From: a virus | DNA: 64,000 bases | Reading direction: 5' to 3' (one strand) | Virus record (IMG/VR): IMGVR_UViG_3300048687_000070 | Coordinates: 1 to 64,000 of that record | In this document: positions 9,430-18,274 of the stretch, piece by piece | Position numbering within the stretch: position 1 is the stretch's first letter | Layout: each line of letters begins with the position of its first letter | Position numbers and translations under genes: made by a program | Notes under the pieces: generated by a model | Seen by the model: only the letters and a program-made list of their open reading frames with translations | Database searches by the model: none | What the model was told of the DNA's origin: nothing

Positions 9430-9558
9430 TCAGCGGGGTCTCGCGCCATTTGATCGTCGTGGGCTGTGGAGGCGGCGCTGCTGCCGGTCGTCCGATGTGC
9501 CTCGGCTGCTATGCCGTCCTAGCCTGGAAATCTCTCGGGGCTGTCTCGGAGGTTCGTC

Positions 9559-10479
9559 ATGCCCCATACGGTCTGGTCGGGGGCGATCAGCTTCGGCCTG
9601 GTCACGATCCCGATCCGCGTGTCGTCAGCAACGGAAGATCACTCGATCCGTTTCCACCAGTACCACCTGGAGGACATGGCCCGGGTCCGCACCCGGAAGG
9701 TCTGCGAGATCGAGGACCGAGAGGTCACCCAGGACGAGATCGGCAAGGGCTACGAGATCTCCAAGGATCAGATCGTGCCGATCTCTGACGACGAGCTCGA
9801 CGACATGCCTCTGCCGACGGCGAAGGCCATCGAGATCGCCGCGTTTATCCCGTACTCGGATATTGATCCGATCCAGATCGGCGACGGCTACTACCTTGAG
9901 GCCGACGGCCAGGTCGCCAACAAGCCCTACGTCCTGCTGCGGCGGGCGCTCGAGAGGAGCGATAAAGCGGCGATCGCCAAGTTCGCCTGGCACGGCAGGG
10001 AGCGCCTCGGCCTCCTCCGCGTGAAGGGCGAGACGATCGCCTTGCACGCCCTGAAGTGGCCCGACGAGGTCCGCTCGCCCGCCGGGATCGCCCCCAAGCC
10101 CGTCGACCTCGCCGAGAAGGAGATAGACGAGGCCCTGCTGCTCGTCGACTCGATGACCCGCGAGGAGGGCATCGACGGGGCGGACTGGGCCACCGACCGG
10201 TACACAGCCGCCCTCGAGGACGTCATCCACGCGAAGGCAGACGGCAAGGCTCCGCCCAAGGCCGAGGGAGACAAGGAGCCGACCGGGGATGTCGTCGACC
10301 TCATGTCGGCGCTGGAGCAGTCCGTGCGCCGCGCGAAGGAAGGCCGCGGCGACGGCAGGGATGCGGACGTGCACGAGCTGAAGCCGAAGAAGAAGACCGC
10401 GGCCAAGAAGATGACGGCGAAGAGTACGGCGAAGAAGACGACCAAGAAGGCTGCCTCAAAGAAGACGCGATCGGCCTGA
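9559..10479 (+). CDS. ku: Non-homologous end joining protein Ku
   Basis: VWSGAISFGLVTIPI, EIGKGYE, KPYVLLRRAL, VVDLMSALEQSV and Lys-rich tail diagnostic of bacterial Ku. Confidence 0.97.
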   Translation: MPHTVWSGAISFGLVTIPIRVSSATEDHSIRFHQYHLEDMARVRTRKVCEIEDREVTQDEIGKGYEISKDQIVPISDDELDDMPLPTAKAIEIAAFIPYSDIDPIQIGDGYYLEADGQVANKPYVLLRRALERSDKAAIAKFAWHGRERLGLLRVKGETIALHALKWPDEVRSPAGIAPKPVDLAEKEIDEALLLVDSMTREEGIDGADWATDRYTAALEDVIHAKADGKAPPKAEGDKEPTGDVVDLMSALEQSVRRAKEGRGDGRDADVHELKPKKKTAAKKMTAKSTAKKTTKKAASKKTRSA

Positions 10480-10492
10480 CCAGGGTCGACGC

Positions 10493-10858
10493 TCAGGCCC
10501 AGTCGTCGGACATCCACGTCTTCCGGCCGCGCAGCCCCGGCAGCGGATTGCACAGCGAGCAGGCGTCCATCCGCCGTTGCCCCACCTCGGCCAGCAGCTC
10601 TTCCGGCAGGTAGAAGTCGACGGGCGGCGGCTGCTTACGGCAGTTGCCGCGGTGGATGCAGTCGAGCGCGTCCTCGGTGCGGGACGGTTCGATGGTGAAG
10701 CGGCGCTCCCGGTACGAGGCCTCTTTCATGCGTTCCCAGTTGGCTGCCTGCTTCTCCAGCTCGGCGATCGTCTGCCGGGTCTGCTGCAGCTGGTACTCCA
10801 GCCACGCCGCTACGGCCCTGTGCTTAGCGAGGCGCTCCTCCGGATCTAGGTCGTGCAT
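10493..10858 (-). CDS. DUF6233-like protein
   Basis: IHRGNC...DACSLCNP Cys/His motif; coiled-coil N-terminus. Confidence 0.7.
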   Translation of the reverse strand: MHDLDPEERLAKHRAVAAWLEYQLQQTRQTIAELEKQAANWERMKEASYRERRFTIEPSRTEDALDCIHRGNCRKQPPPVDFYLPEELLAEVGQRRMDACSLCNPLPGLRGRKTWMSDDWA

Positions 10859-10866
10859 GCGTTCGA
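10851..10866. promoter_or_regulatory. Putative LexA (SOS) box overlapping start codon
   Basis: Minus strand TCGAAC-GCAT-GCACGA immediately after -10 TAGAAT. Confidence 0.55.
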
Positions 10867-10914
10867 TTCTATGCTTGCGTCGTGCACGCGACGATCAGGG
10901 GAGACGATGGCCGC

Positions 10915-11106
10915 ATGGACCCCGCAGGCAGATACCGGCTCACGTTCGCGATCGACGGGAGCACAGTCATGGCCGGCTGGTGGGAGAAGGTGGGGAACGC
11001 GGAGGGCAAGTTCGCGGCTTGGAAGCGAGACCACGATGGCATTGCTGGCGCCCGCATCACCCTCGTCGACACCGAGACCGGCGAGACACTGACGTCCTGG
11101 CCGTAA
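10915..11106 (+). CDS. Small hypothetical protein
   Basis: MDPAGRYRLTFAIDGSTVMAGWW...LTSWP. Confidence 0.6.
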   Translation: MDPAGRYRLTFAIDGSTVMAGWWEKVGNAEGKFAAWKRDHDGIAGARITLVDTETGETLTSWP

Positions 11107-11114
11107 CCCCGGCG

Positions 11115-11137
11115 TTGTCGGTGCCTGCCGATATCCT
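11115..11137 (+). promoter_or_regulatory. RecA-NDp (PafBC-type) promoter motif
   Basis: TTGTCGGTG-N8-TATCCT; no convincing downstream ORF. Confidence 0.5.
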
Positions 11138-11210
11138 GGCGTCTGTCAGTGCTTGCTGCGCTCGAGCCCTGCTTCCCTGTACAGCGACGGGGGAGCAGGG
11201 CACGCTGCTG

Positions 11211-11405
11211 TCAGAAGGGCCGGTTGCTCGGGCAGAGAGGCGTTGAGCACCGATAGCTGACCACGCCGAGCGGATCGACGCTGTCCTCCAATGTGCCCGT
11301 GGCCTGGCGCCAGCTTGGTCGTATCGGCTTCTGGCAATCCTCGCAGAGCGGGCGAGGGAGTAGGCGCTTCTCGGATTGGCGGCATGACCGCGGCAGGTTG
11401 TCCAT
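11211..11405 (-). CDS. Small zinc-ribbon-like protein
   Basis: CEDC...CSTPLC. Confidence 0.35.
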   Translation of the reverse strand: MDNLPRSCRQSEKRLLPRPLCEDCQKPIRPSWRQATGTLEDSVDPLGVVSYRCSTPLCPSNRPF

Positions 11406-11453
11406 GCCGGGACCGTCCCACGGAAAACCGGGTTTGTCCGAGGCGCCTTCCCC

Positions 11454-11666
11454 CTATGCCGCGTCGGCTTCGGGCTCGGGATGCCGGACGAGCCGCTTGA
11501 GCTTCATCTCGACCTGGAGGCGGGGCAGCTCGGCCTCGGCGGCGAATGTGCCGATCCGCTCCTGTACCGCGAGCGCGGTCTCCACGGTCAGTGTCCCTTC
11601 CTGGATCTGCGTCCAGGCGGAACGTTCCAGCTCAACAAGGTCCGAGGGAAAGTCGATGTCGCTCAC
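11454..11666 (-). CDS. Small hypothetical protein
   Basis: MSDIDFPSDLVELER...KRLVRH, helical composition. Confidence 0.6.
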   Translation of the reverse strand: MSDIDFPSDLVELERSAWTQIQEGTLTVETALAVQERIGTFAAEAELPRLQVEMKLKRLVRHPEPEADAA

Positions 11667-11751
11667 GGCGAGATCATAGATCGTTCACCGGTCATCCACG
11701 GCGACAGGTCGCCTGTCGCGGCGTGCGTATCTTTTCTAGTTCTTCTTGATT

Positions 11752-11767
11752 GCCAATCTAGATTGGC
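11752..11767. promoter_or_regulatory. Perfect 16-bp palindromic operator between -35 and -10
   Basis: TTGATT-[GCCAATCTAGATTGGC]-TAGCTT, then ATG 6 nt later. Confidence 0.6.
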
Positions 11768-11779
11768 TAGCTTGGTCTC

Positions 11780-12097
11780 ATGACGAGTGAGACTCCACAG
11801 CGCCTCATTCCCACCGGCTTCTGCTGGTGCGGTTGCGGCACTGAGACCGGCCTCGGCAGCTTCTTCACCCGAGGCCACGACAAGATCGCCGAAGCCGCCT
11901 TCATCGCCGCGCAACACGGCGGCTCCGTCGCCCGCCTCCTCGCGGACAACGACTTCGGCCCCGACGCCGAGCAATCTGTACGCGAGGCAGCCCTGGAGAG
12001 GGGCGGCTGGATCCACTGCTCAGTCGCCGGATGCAAATACGTCGGAGCCGAAGCCAGCGTCCGCAACCACGAAGCCAAACCCCACAAGGAGAAGTGA
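11780..12097 (+). CDS. Cys/His-rich (zinc-binding) hypothetical protein
   Basis: CWCGCG...GHD and C-terminal CxxxxC...HxxxxH. Confidence 0.65.
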   Translation: MTSETPQRLIPTGFCWCGCGTETGLGSFFTRGHDKIAEAAFIAAQHGGSVARLLADNDFGPDAEQSVREAALERGGWIHCSVAGCKYVGAEASVRNHEAKPHKEK

Positions 12098-12382
12098 GTG
12101 AGCTACGAGATCAACCTGAATTTCCCGCACTTCGACTGGACCGTGCAGATGCCTGCGGTCCCGGCCAAGGGCGACGTCGTCGACTGGAGCGACTCCGAGA
12201 TCGGCGACACAAAGTGGCTTGTCACGGAGGTGATCTACACCGCCTCTCCCGACAGGGAAGGCTCCATCTACCTCGCCCTAGACCCGGGCGATGACTACAC
12301 AAAGGAACGGTCGGAACGCTTCAAGGCCGACCGGGTCGCCGCACTCAAGGCCAGCGCCGATGAAGAGGAGGCAGCTCAGTGA
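12098..12382 (+). CDS. Hypothetical protein
   Basis: Adjacent to upstream stop; RBS AGGAG. Confidence 0.55.
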   Translation: MSYEINLNFPHFDWTVQMPAVPAKGDVVDWSDSEIGDTKWLVTEVIYTASPDREGSIYLALDPGDDYTKERSERFKADRVAALKASADEEEAAQ

Positions 12383-12795
12383 TCAGCAAGACGGGCCGCT
12401 ACTGGTCCACCGGAATCACTGTGGTGTGGAGCGAGCGCGCCCACACAATCAACGGCGTGCCTCACGGAGGATGGCGCGCCTCGCTCGACTTCTGTGACGA
12501 CGGCTTCGTCACCAACAGGACCGACGACGGACACGTCTCTACCGAGGGTGCGTTGCACACCCGCTACTTCATCCGGGACGACGGCGGCGAGAACGGTCTG
12601 ACCGTCGCGATCAACAGCCTGATCGAAGACGCCGCACGCCTCGACATCGACTTCCAGTCCTGGGACGCCGAGGCGCCGATGCTCTATTACAAGGGTGACG
12701 GCGAAGACCCCAACTCCGTACCCCCGCCCGGCTGGCGCGAGACGCTTCGAGCCGAAGCCGAACGCATCGGATGGCGCACTTACACAACCGTCTGA
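12379..12795 (+). CDS. Hypothetical protein
   Basis: GTGA overlap; followed by terminator. Confidence 0.6.
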   Translation: MISKTGRYWSTGITVVWSERAHTINGVPHGGWRASLDFCDDGFVTNRTDDGHVSTEGALHTRYFIRDDGGENGLTVAINSLIEDAARLDIDFQSWDAEAPMLYYKGDGEDPNSVPPPGWRETLRAEAERIGWRTYTTV

Positions 12796-12807
12796 GCCAG
12801 CACGATA

Positions 12808-12842
12808 CGAAGCCCCGGCCAGGACAAGTGGCCGGGGCTTCG
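12808..12842. terminator. Bidirectional hairpin terminator
   Basis: CGAAGCCCCGGCCA...TGGCCGGGGCTTCG. Confidence 0.7.
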
Positions 12843-12851
12843 CCATGCAGA

Positions 12852-13031
12852 TTACGCCGCCTCCACGATCTCCCCACGCGCCGCCGCCGCCCACTCCACG
12901 ACGAGGAGCTCGTAGCGGGCCCGCTGCTCGGGGGTGAGCCGCACGGCAGGGTGCGGCCACAGCTCGCGGATCTCTTCATTCACGACCGCGGCCGAGCGCG
13001 CACGGCCCGAGGCCGGGGGAGTGGAGGGCAT
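12852..13031 (-). CDS. Small hypothetical protein (59 aa, not in ORF track)
   Basis: Hand translation MPSTPPASGRARSAAVVNEEIRELW...GEIVEAA*; leaderless start after RecA-NDp motif. Confidence 0.65.
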   Translation of the reverse strand: MPSTPPASGRARSAAVVNEEIRELWPHPAVRLTPEQRARYELLVVEWAAAARGEIVEAA

Positions 13032-13037
13032 GCGTCC

Positions 13038-13060
13038 ACGCTAGTCCGTGGCACTGACAG
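13038..13060 (-). promoter_or_regulatory. RecA-NDp (PafBC-type) promoter motif
   Basis: Minus strand CTGTCAGTG-N8-TAGCGT, 6 nt, ATG. Confidence 0.65.
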
Positions 13061-13095
13061 TGATCCATAGGGCAGCAGAACCGGCATATACCGAT

Positions 13096-13332
13096 CTACG
13101 GCTGCGGCAACTCCGTCACGAACGTGCCGATGCCCGGCTGCATCTCCGCGAGGCCTTCCTGGCGAAGCTCCTTCAACACCCGCCGCGCAGTCATCTGGGA
13201 GATGCCGAACTCGCCGCACATGTCCACGACGCTGGGCAGCCGCTCGCCGGGCGGGTACGTACCGTCGGCGATCCGCTCCGCCATCACGTCGTACACCTGT
13301 CGCCACCTGGGTACATCCGGCTCCCACTTCAT
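13096..13332 (-). CDS. GntR-family winged-helix protein (DNA-binding domain only)
   Basis: IADGTYPPGERLPS...FGISQMTARRVL...GIGTFV. Confidence 0.9.
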   Translation of the reverse strand: MKWEPDVPRWRQVYDVMAERIADGTYPPGERLPSVVDMCGEFGISQMTARRVLKELRQEGLAEMQPGIGTFVTELPQP

Positions 13333-13490
13333 GATCCCGACGCTAAGACCGCCATGCCGGACAGGCGAGACGAGATCGCTCAGTCCGCCTATCGCGCCTA
13401 TCGCACCGGAGTATCGTTCAAAACCCAAGAACCCCCGCATCCGAGGCAACGGACCGGGGGCAGGCCGACGGCAACCAGCGGAGCGTCGAC

Positions 13491-13823
13491 ATGACCCAGC
13501 CTAGCCAGCACACGGCAACCGGCGAAGCTACTCGCGCGGCGCTCATCGACGAGGCCACCGCAGCGACCGGGATCCTCCCGCCCCACGACCGTCTCGTCGA
13601 CCTCGCCGCCCAGCTACGCACTGAACTGCGTGACCTGCTTCCTGTTGTGCAGGCTCGCGCCGACGGTATGAACCGGGGAACCACCGACTGGTACTCGTGC
13701 GACCGGGCCCTCGCCGGCGCCCGCGAAACCCTTGAGGGCGATCTGGGGGTCGGGCTGCGGTCCGCCGCTTTGCGTGTCGCCAGTCTCGGCCGGCTCCTTC
13801 GGGCGCTCGACGCCTACCGGTGA
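13491..13823 (+). CDS. DUF6415-like hypothetical protein
   Basis: Helical ORF divergent from the GntR gene; RBS GGAG. Confidence 0.55.
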   Translation: MTQPSQHTATGEATRAALIDEATAATGILPPHDRLVDLAAQLRTELRDLLPVVQARADGMNRGTTDWYSCDRALAGARETLEGDLGVGLRSAALRVASLGRLLRALDAYR

Positions 13824-13978
13824 CCTGCGGTTCACCCCAGAGCGTGACCGGTCGTCACACACGGGTGTGAAAAGAGTGCAGCAACCCTTGCACTGTGCAC
13901 CCTTTCCGGCATATGACATTGAACGCGAAAGTAAGTAGCGAGGAGGCCGCGCCCAGACCCCGCCCGGCCTACCGCCCG

Positions 13979-14212
13979 CTAGCGGAGTAGTTCGGAGATG
14001 TGCACTCGCAGCACGCGGGCGATCTTGAGGAGGGTCGTAATGGTCGGATTACCCTGACCGGATTCAATGCCCTGGTAGACGCTGCGGCTCACGGGGACAG
14101 CCAGGAGGACTTCTTCCTGGGTGAGATTGCGGTCCAGGCGTGCGGCGCGGATGCGGTTGCCGATGGCGCGGCGCTCGCTGAGCAGCCAGGCGTCGTCATC
14201 GGGGTGGTCCAC
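13979..14212 (-). CDS. XRE-family HTH regulator
   Basis: IRAARLDRNLTQEEV...IESGQGNPTITTLLKIARVL. Confidence 0.9.
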   Translation of the reverse strand: MDHPDDDAWLLSERRAIGNRIRAARLDRNLTQEEVLLAVPVSRSVYQGIESGQGNPTITTLLKIARVLRVHISELLR

Positions 14213-14363
14213 CCGTAAACGCTCTGCCGTTCATGATCACAAGTCAGCCCGGTATATCGGGCATTTTTTGATCATGGTTGGCCGGTGTCCGGCGTGTACC
14301 CATCGCGAGGAGATCGAACAGCCCTGCGGCATATGCAGCAGGGCTACAGGTAGTGTGAGTAAT

Positions 14364-14379
14364 TCGTACACACGTTCGC
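14364..14379. promoter_or_regulatory. Putative LexA (SOS) box
   Basis: TCGTAC-ACAC-GTTCGC just downstream of -10-like TAGTGT (14351). Confidence 0.5.
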
Positions 14380-14478
14380 TCGAAGGGGTGAACATCCGTG
14401 GCCCTGTGGATGCCGTTAGACAGAGAGGGAACCATGCGCACCGCCCCGCATTGGCAGGCCACACACAGGAGAACCGAC

Positions 14479-14724
14479 ATGGAGCGCCAGCAGATCCTCG
14501 ACCTCTATACATGGGAGGCCGGTGTCTGCTTCCGCCATCCCGCCAAGGGGGAGCAGCCGACGGCACTCGTGCAGGAGGTTCATCCGCGGACGGGGCCCAG
14601 TGAGGAAGTCCGCGCATGCGCGGACTGTGTGGTCGACCTCGAGCAGCAGCGCTGGCTTGCCGCCTGCGAAAGCGGTCACGCCTACCGCCCGGGACATGCT
14701 GGTGAGGCGCCTGATCAGGCGTAG
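14479..14724 (+). CDS. Small Cys-containing hypothetical protein
   Basis: RBS AGGAG; CFRH...ACADC. Confidence 0.6.
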   Translation: MERQQILDLYTWEAGVCFRHPAKGEQPTALVQEVHPRTGPSEEVRACADCVVDLEQQRWLAACESGHAYRPGHAGEAPDQA

Positions 14725-14738
14725 TCGCCGGGGAGGGC

Positions 14739-15052
14739 CTGGGGAGCAGAGTCCCACTGGGGGGCGCATGGAGAGGGTGGCGGAGTCTAGTCACTACTCC
14801 TCAGGTCAACTCAGGCCTACTCGATACCAGCAGGTCAGGCCGTAAGCGGACCCCTCGCCGAGCAAACGCCCAGCGTCCACGCCGAAGGGTCATCAGAACC
14901 ACCAGTAGAGCCAACCTCCCCATCCCACCTAGATCTCTGCCGGTGGGGCGGGTGCCTCTCGTTGGGCTCTGAACTGCACATACGCCGGTCGGGGGCTGGT
15001 CACTCCTCGCCATCAACCGAAAGATCATTTTCGCTGGGGAGGATCTGGGGAG
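14739..15052. other. Putative attP region with CTGGGGAG arm-type repeats
   Basis: Non-coding gap at integrase 3' end; CTGGGGAG at 14739, 15034 and 15045 plus a variant at 14757. Confidence 0.5.
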
Positions 15053-16397
15053 ATCCAAGTTCAAGCGGATCATCAGGAGCCGCAGGCGACTCCACGGCCC
15101 CCGCCGACATGAAGCGACCAATCGCCTCACGCCCACGGCTGCCAGACTTCGGCATGAAGTGCACGTAAGTCCTCAGGGTAAACCCGGGATCCGAGTGCCC
15201 CAGCCAGTCGGCCAACTTCCCGATGTCCTCACCCTCCGAGAGCACCACACTCGCGAACGTGTGCCGCAACACGTGAAAGCCGTAATGCCGGGGCATGCTC
15301 CACGCCACCTTGTCCCACCCCCGCCGGCCGCCCTTCGGCTCCACGGGAGTCACCACCGGAGGGTCAATGAGGCCGGCCTTCACCAGAGCAGGCTTCCATG
15401 TGCGGTTGTTGAAGCTGTCCCTGTTGACCGCCCCACCCCGCTTGGTGTTCGAGTACCGCGATGTCACCAGCAACCTGACGGTCACCTTCGGCCGGTCCTC
15501 CCAGGCCAGGTTCGGACGGTCCGGATCCACCCACGGCAGCGTCACCTCCTGCGTCGGGAAAAGGTTCTGGTACTCCTTGACCGCCGCCGCCAGCTCCGGC
15601 GGGCACGGCGCCACACGCTCCTTGTTGCCCTTCGGGGGACCGAAGCCGAACTGCCCATTGGCCTTGATCACTTGCCGCACCACGTGGATGTCCTCGCCGT
15701 CGATGTCGTCCGGCGAGAAGCCGAACGCCTCCCCTTGCCGCAGGCCGGCGCCGAGCCCGAGCAGAAGCAGCACGGCGTACCGCTCCGGAAGGGCGTCGCG
15801 GACCGCGGCCACGGTCTCCTGAGGCCAGGCGATGGCCTTGGACTTCGGGATCCTGGGGGGCTTGAGGTCCGGATCGCGAAACGGGTTCGCGGGGATCCTC
15901 TTGGCCTTATGGGCGGCCTGCAGGATGGATGAGAAGTGGGCCCACGTGACAACCAGTGTGCCGACGTCGACACTCCGGTTCACCTTCGCCTGCCATGCGC
16001 GGATCTCGTCGAAGCCGATCCGGTTCAGGGGGAGGCTGCCAACGTGCGGCACGATGTGCCTGAACACCCGCGACCGAACGTTGAACTTGGAGCTTGGCGG
16101 GTAGCGGGTGGTGGGCCACCAGTAGTCATTGATGTAGTCGGCCAGGGCCATGGTGCCGTCGCGCGGGTCGTACCAGTCGCCGCGCCCACTGTCCGTCTGG
16201 GCGTTGGCCAGCCAGTCCTTCGCCGCCCCCAGCTGCTTGTCGGGGAACGACCGGGAACGCACACCGGGAATGCCGGTGACCTTGTACCGCATGCCCTGGC
16301 CGTGGCGTTTGGTGGGAACTCGGGTCGGCTTCTTCTTCGGGTCGTCCGGATCGGGCGGGCCCTGCTTGTACCACCGGTCCTCGATGTAGCCGGGCAT
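15000..16397 (-). CDS. int: Tyrosine integrase
   Basis: AGLRQGEAFG, FHVLRHTFAS, WLGH, TLRTYVH; long N-terminal arm-binding region; next to repressor. Confidence 0.95.
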   Translation of the reverse strand: MPGYIEDRWYKQGPPDPDDPKKKPTRVPTKRHGQGMRYKVTGIPGVRSRSFPDKQLGAAKDWLANAQTDSGRGDWYDPRDGTMALADYINDYWWPTTRYPPSSKFNVRSRVFRHIVPHVGSLPLNRIGFDEIRAWQAKVNRSVDVGTLVVTWAHFSSILQAAHKAKRIPANPFRDPDLKPPRIPKSKAIAWPQETVAAVRDALPERYAVLLLLGLGAGLRQGEAFGFSPDDIDGEDIHVVRQVIKANGQFGFGPPKGNKERVAPCPPELAAAVKEYQNLFPTQEVTLPWVDPDRPNLAWEDRPKVTVRLLVTSRYSNTKRGGAVNRDSFNNRTWKPALVKAGLIDPPVVTPVEPKGGRRGWDKVAWSMPRHYGFHVLRHTFASVVLSEGEDIGKLADWLGHSDPGFTLRTYVHFMPKSGSRGREAIGRFMSAGAVESPAAPDDPLELGSPQILPSENDLSVDGEE

Positions 16398-16419
16398 CCG
16401 TGCTCCCTGGTCCGTGAGT

Positions 16420-16863
16420 TCAGGCCGCGGCAGATCCGGGTGAGTCCATGGTGACGATCTCCCCGCGCCACAGCTGGAACCACTGTCCTCCGTCGAGGAA
16501 CTCCTCGATGGAGGGATTCAGGGTGTGCACGAACTCCTCCACGGATGCGGTAGGGGAGACGTAGAGGATGACGTCGCCCTTGTCCTCGCGTATGTACACG
16601 GGAGGCGTCGGCACGAGACGGGAGGGCTTGAACGTGACGCGGAGGGGGCTCTGCGGGTGGTCGGCCGAAAGGAACTCGCCCTCCCACAGCTGGAACCACT
16701 CGGCGTTCGCGAGGAAGTCACGGAGGGTTCCGTTGAGGGAGGGGATGAAGTCGCGCGGCTTGGCCTCTTGGGCGACGCGGATCTCGACGAGCCCGCGTTC
16801 CTCGCGCCAGTCGGATACGACTCCCGGCGGCAGGTCGTCGGCCTTGTAGACAACGCGCAGCAT
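16420..16863 (-). CDS. Hypothetical protein with internal tandem duplication
   Basis: Two ~65-aa repeats, each ending WFQLWxGE; co-oriented with repressor and integrase. Confidence 0.7.
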   Translation of the reverse strand: MLRVVYKADDLPPGVVSDWREERGLVEIRVAQEAKPRDFIPSLNGTLRDFLANAEWFQLWEGEFLSADHPQSPLRVTFKPSRLVPTPPVYIREDKGDVILYVSPTASVEEFVHTLNPSIEEFLDGGQWFQLWRGEIVTMDSPGSAAA

Positions 16864-17023
16864 GTGGCGCCCTCCCCTGTTGACGGTGCGCCTGTGACGG
16901 ATCGGTCGAAAGCGCACGGTTGTGGAAGGGTACGACCAGCGAACAGTTGGCCACAATGCGTTGCAGAAATATCTACTTGGGGACTTTTCCGATCACCGGG
17001 GTGCGAGTTGCGGGTGGGACGTG

Positions 17024-17452
17024 CTACTCCTCGCGACGCGCCCGCTCATCGGCTTCGATCATCGCGAGCCAGCGCTTCTGGTCCTGCTCCGACATGGCGC
17101 CGAGGTGGCCCATGATGATGCGCGCGGTGTTGCCGTAGCCGCGAAGTTCGGTCGCCTGGTAGTCGAGCCACTGATCCGCTGCGGCTTCCTTGACTCGCCG
17201 CTCGGACTTGCCCAGGGCGGCGGCGATCGCGCGGACGGTGACGACGTTGGGTGCGCTGGCCGGCGGGTTCTTGATGAGCTTCTGGAAGTACTGCCAGGAG
17301 ATGGATTCCCCGGTTACGGGGTCGGTGGCCGCCTTGCCGAGGTCGCGCAGGCTCCTGCCGTTGTCGAGCGCGTCCTGGATGAGCTGGGAGAGCGGTCCGA
17401 TGGGGGAGGGGTGGTCTGCGGGGGTGTCGGGAGCGGGTGCCGCTGCCGTCAT
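17024..17452 (-). CDS. Immunity repressor (HTH)
   Basis: RSLRDLGKAA...ISWQYFQKL...VRAIAAALG; divergent from cro-like gene. Confidence 0.75.
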   Translation of the reverse strand: MTAAAPAPDTPADHPSPIGPLSQLIQDALDNGRSLRDLGKAATDPVTGESISWQYFQKLIKNPPASAPNVVTVRAIAAALGKSERRVKEAAADQWLDYQATELRGYGNTARIIMGHLGAMSEQDQKRWLAMIEADERARREE

Positions 17453-17553
17453 GTCCTCGTCGTCCTCTCGGTTCACTCTTCCACCGACTGTATCTAGGGA
17501 ACGTGGCGTGCGCGGGAAAACTACCAGCTCAGTGCGTACAACCATCCTCGTTC

Positions 17554-17659
17554 GTAGACGAATCGTCTACAGATCAATGTTAGCCAGCTACAGGCCCCGC
17601 GGATAGCCGACATTCGGGCGACCCAATCTGTAGACGGGGCGACACTATTTGTGGTCTAC
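17554..17659. promoter_or_regulatory. Genetic-switch operators (GTAGAC half-sites)
   Basis: Palindrome GTAGACG-AAT-CGTCTAC (17554-17570); CGTCTACAGAT (17564) inverted as ATCTGTAGACG (17626); GTCTAC at 17654. Confidence 0.7.
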
Positions 17660-17699
17660 TCAGGTCAAGCCAAGGCCACTCCGAACCGCTGGAGAACCG

Positions 17700-17984
17700 T
17701 TGAGCTCTACCCGCTACACGCTCAAATCGCCCGCCGCGTTCAGGTGGGCCATGGAAAACCCTGGTCGCGGAGTTCCGTACTCGATCCGCACCCTCGCGGA
17801 AGCGAGCGGATGCAGCCCGGCGCTCATCCAGAAACTGGCCAACGGCAAGCAGACAACCGCAAACGTCCTCGACGCCCACTCCCTCGTGGAGTCCCTCGGC
17901 GTCGCCGTACTCGTCCTTTTCGCGCCCCCAGTGACACCAAAAAGTGTCACAGCGACTACGGACCATAGCTCTGAAGAGGAGTGA
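17700..17984 (+). CDS. Cro-like HTH protein
   Basis: TTG after GGAG; SIRTLAEASGCSPALIQKLANG. Confidence 0.8.
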   Translation: MSSTRYTLKSPAAFRWAMENPGRGVPYSIRTLAEASGCSPALIQKLANGKQTTANVLDAHSLVESLGVAVLVLFAPPVTPKSVTATTDHSSEEE

Positions 17985-18274
17985 AAGTGGCCCGCAGTAC
18001 CCCCCAGCACAAGCAGGCCGCCCCACCCGGCTACTGCTGGATCAACGAAGCCGCCGTCCGCACAGGCCGAAGCATCGAAACCCTGTACAAGGACCGCAAG
18101 ATCCAGCGCAAGGGCGGCCACCTCCACGGCCCCCGGTCCACGACCATCAACCGCAACGCGGCCTGGCGCATCGCCGACATCGACGCCTGGCTCGCCAGCG
18201 CCAAGGACCTCGGCCCCGACGCAGACCAGCTCCACAACAGCCGGCCCGCCGAACCCGCCCGCGCCGCCGCCTAG
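17981..18274 (+). CDS. Excisionase/AlpA-like DNA-binding protein
   Basis: INEAAVRTGRSIETLYKDR...GPRS...AWRIADIDAWL. Confidence 0.7.
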   Translation: MKVARSTPQHKQAAPPGYCWINEAAVRTGRSIETLYKDRKIQRKGGHLHGPRSTTINRNAAWRIADIDAWLASAKDLGPDADQLHNSRPAEPARAAA

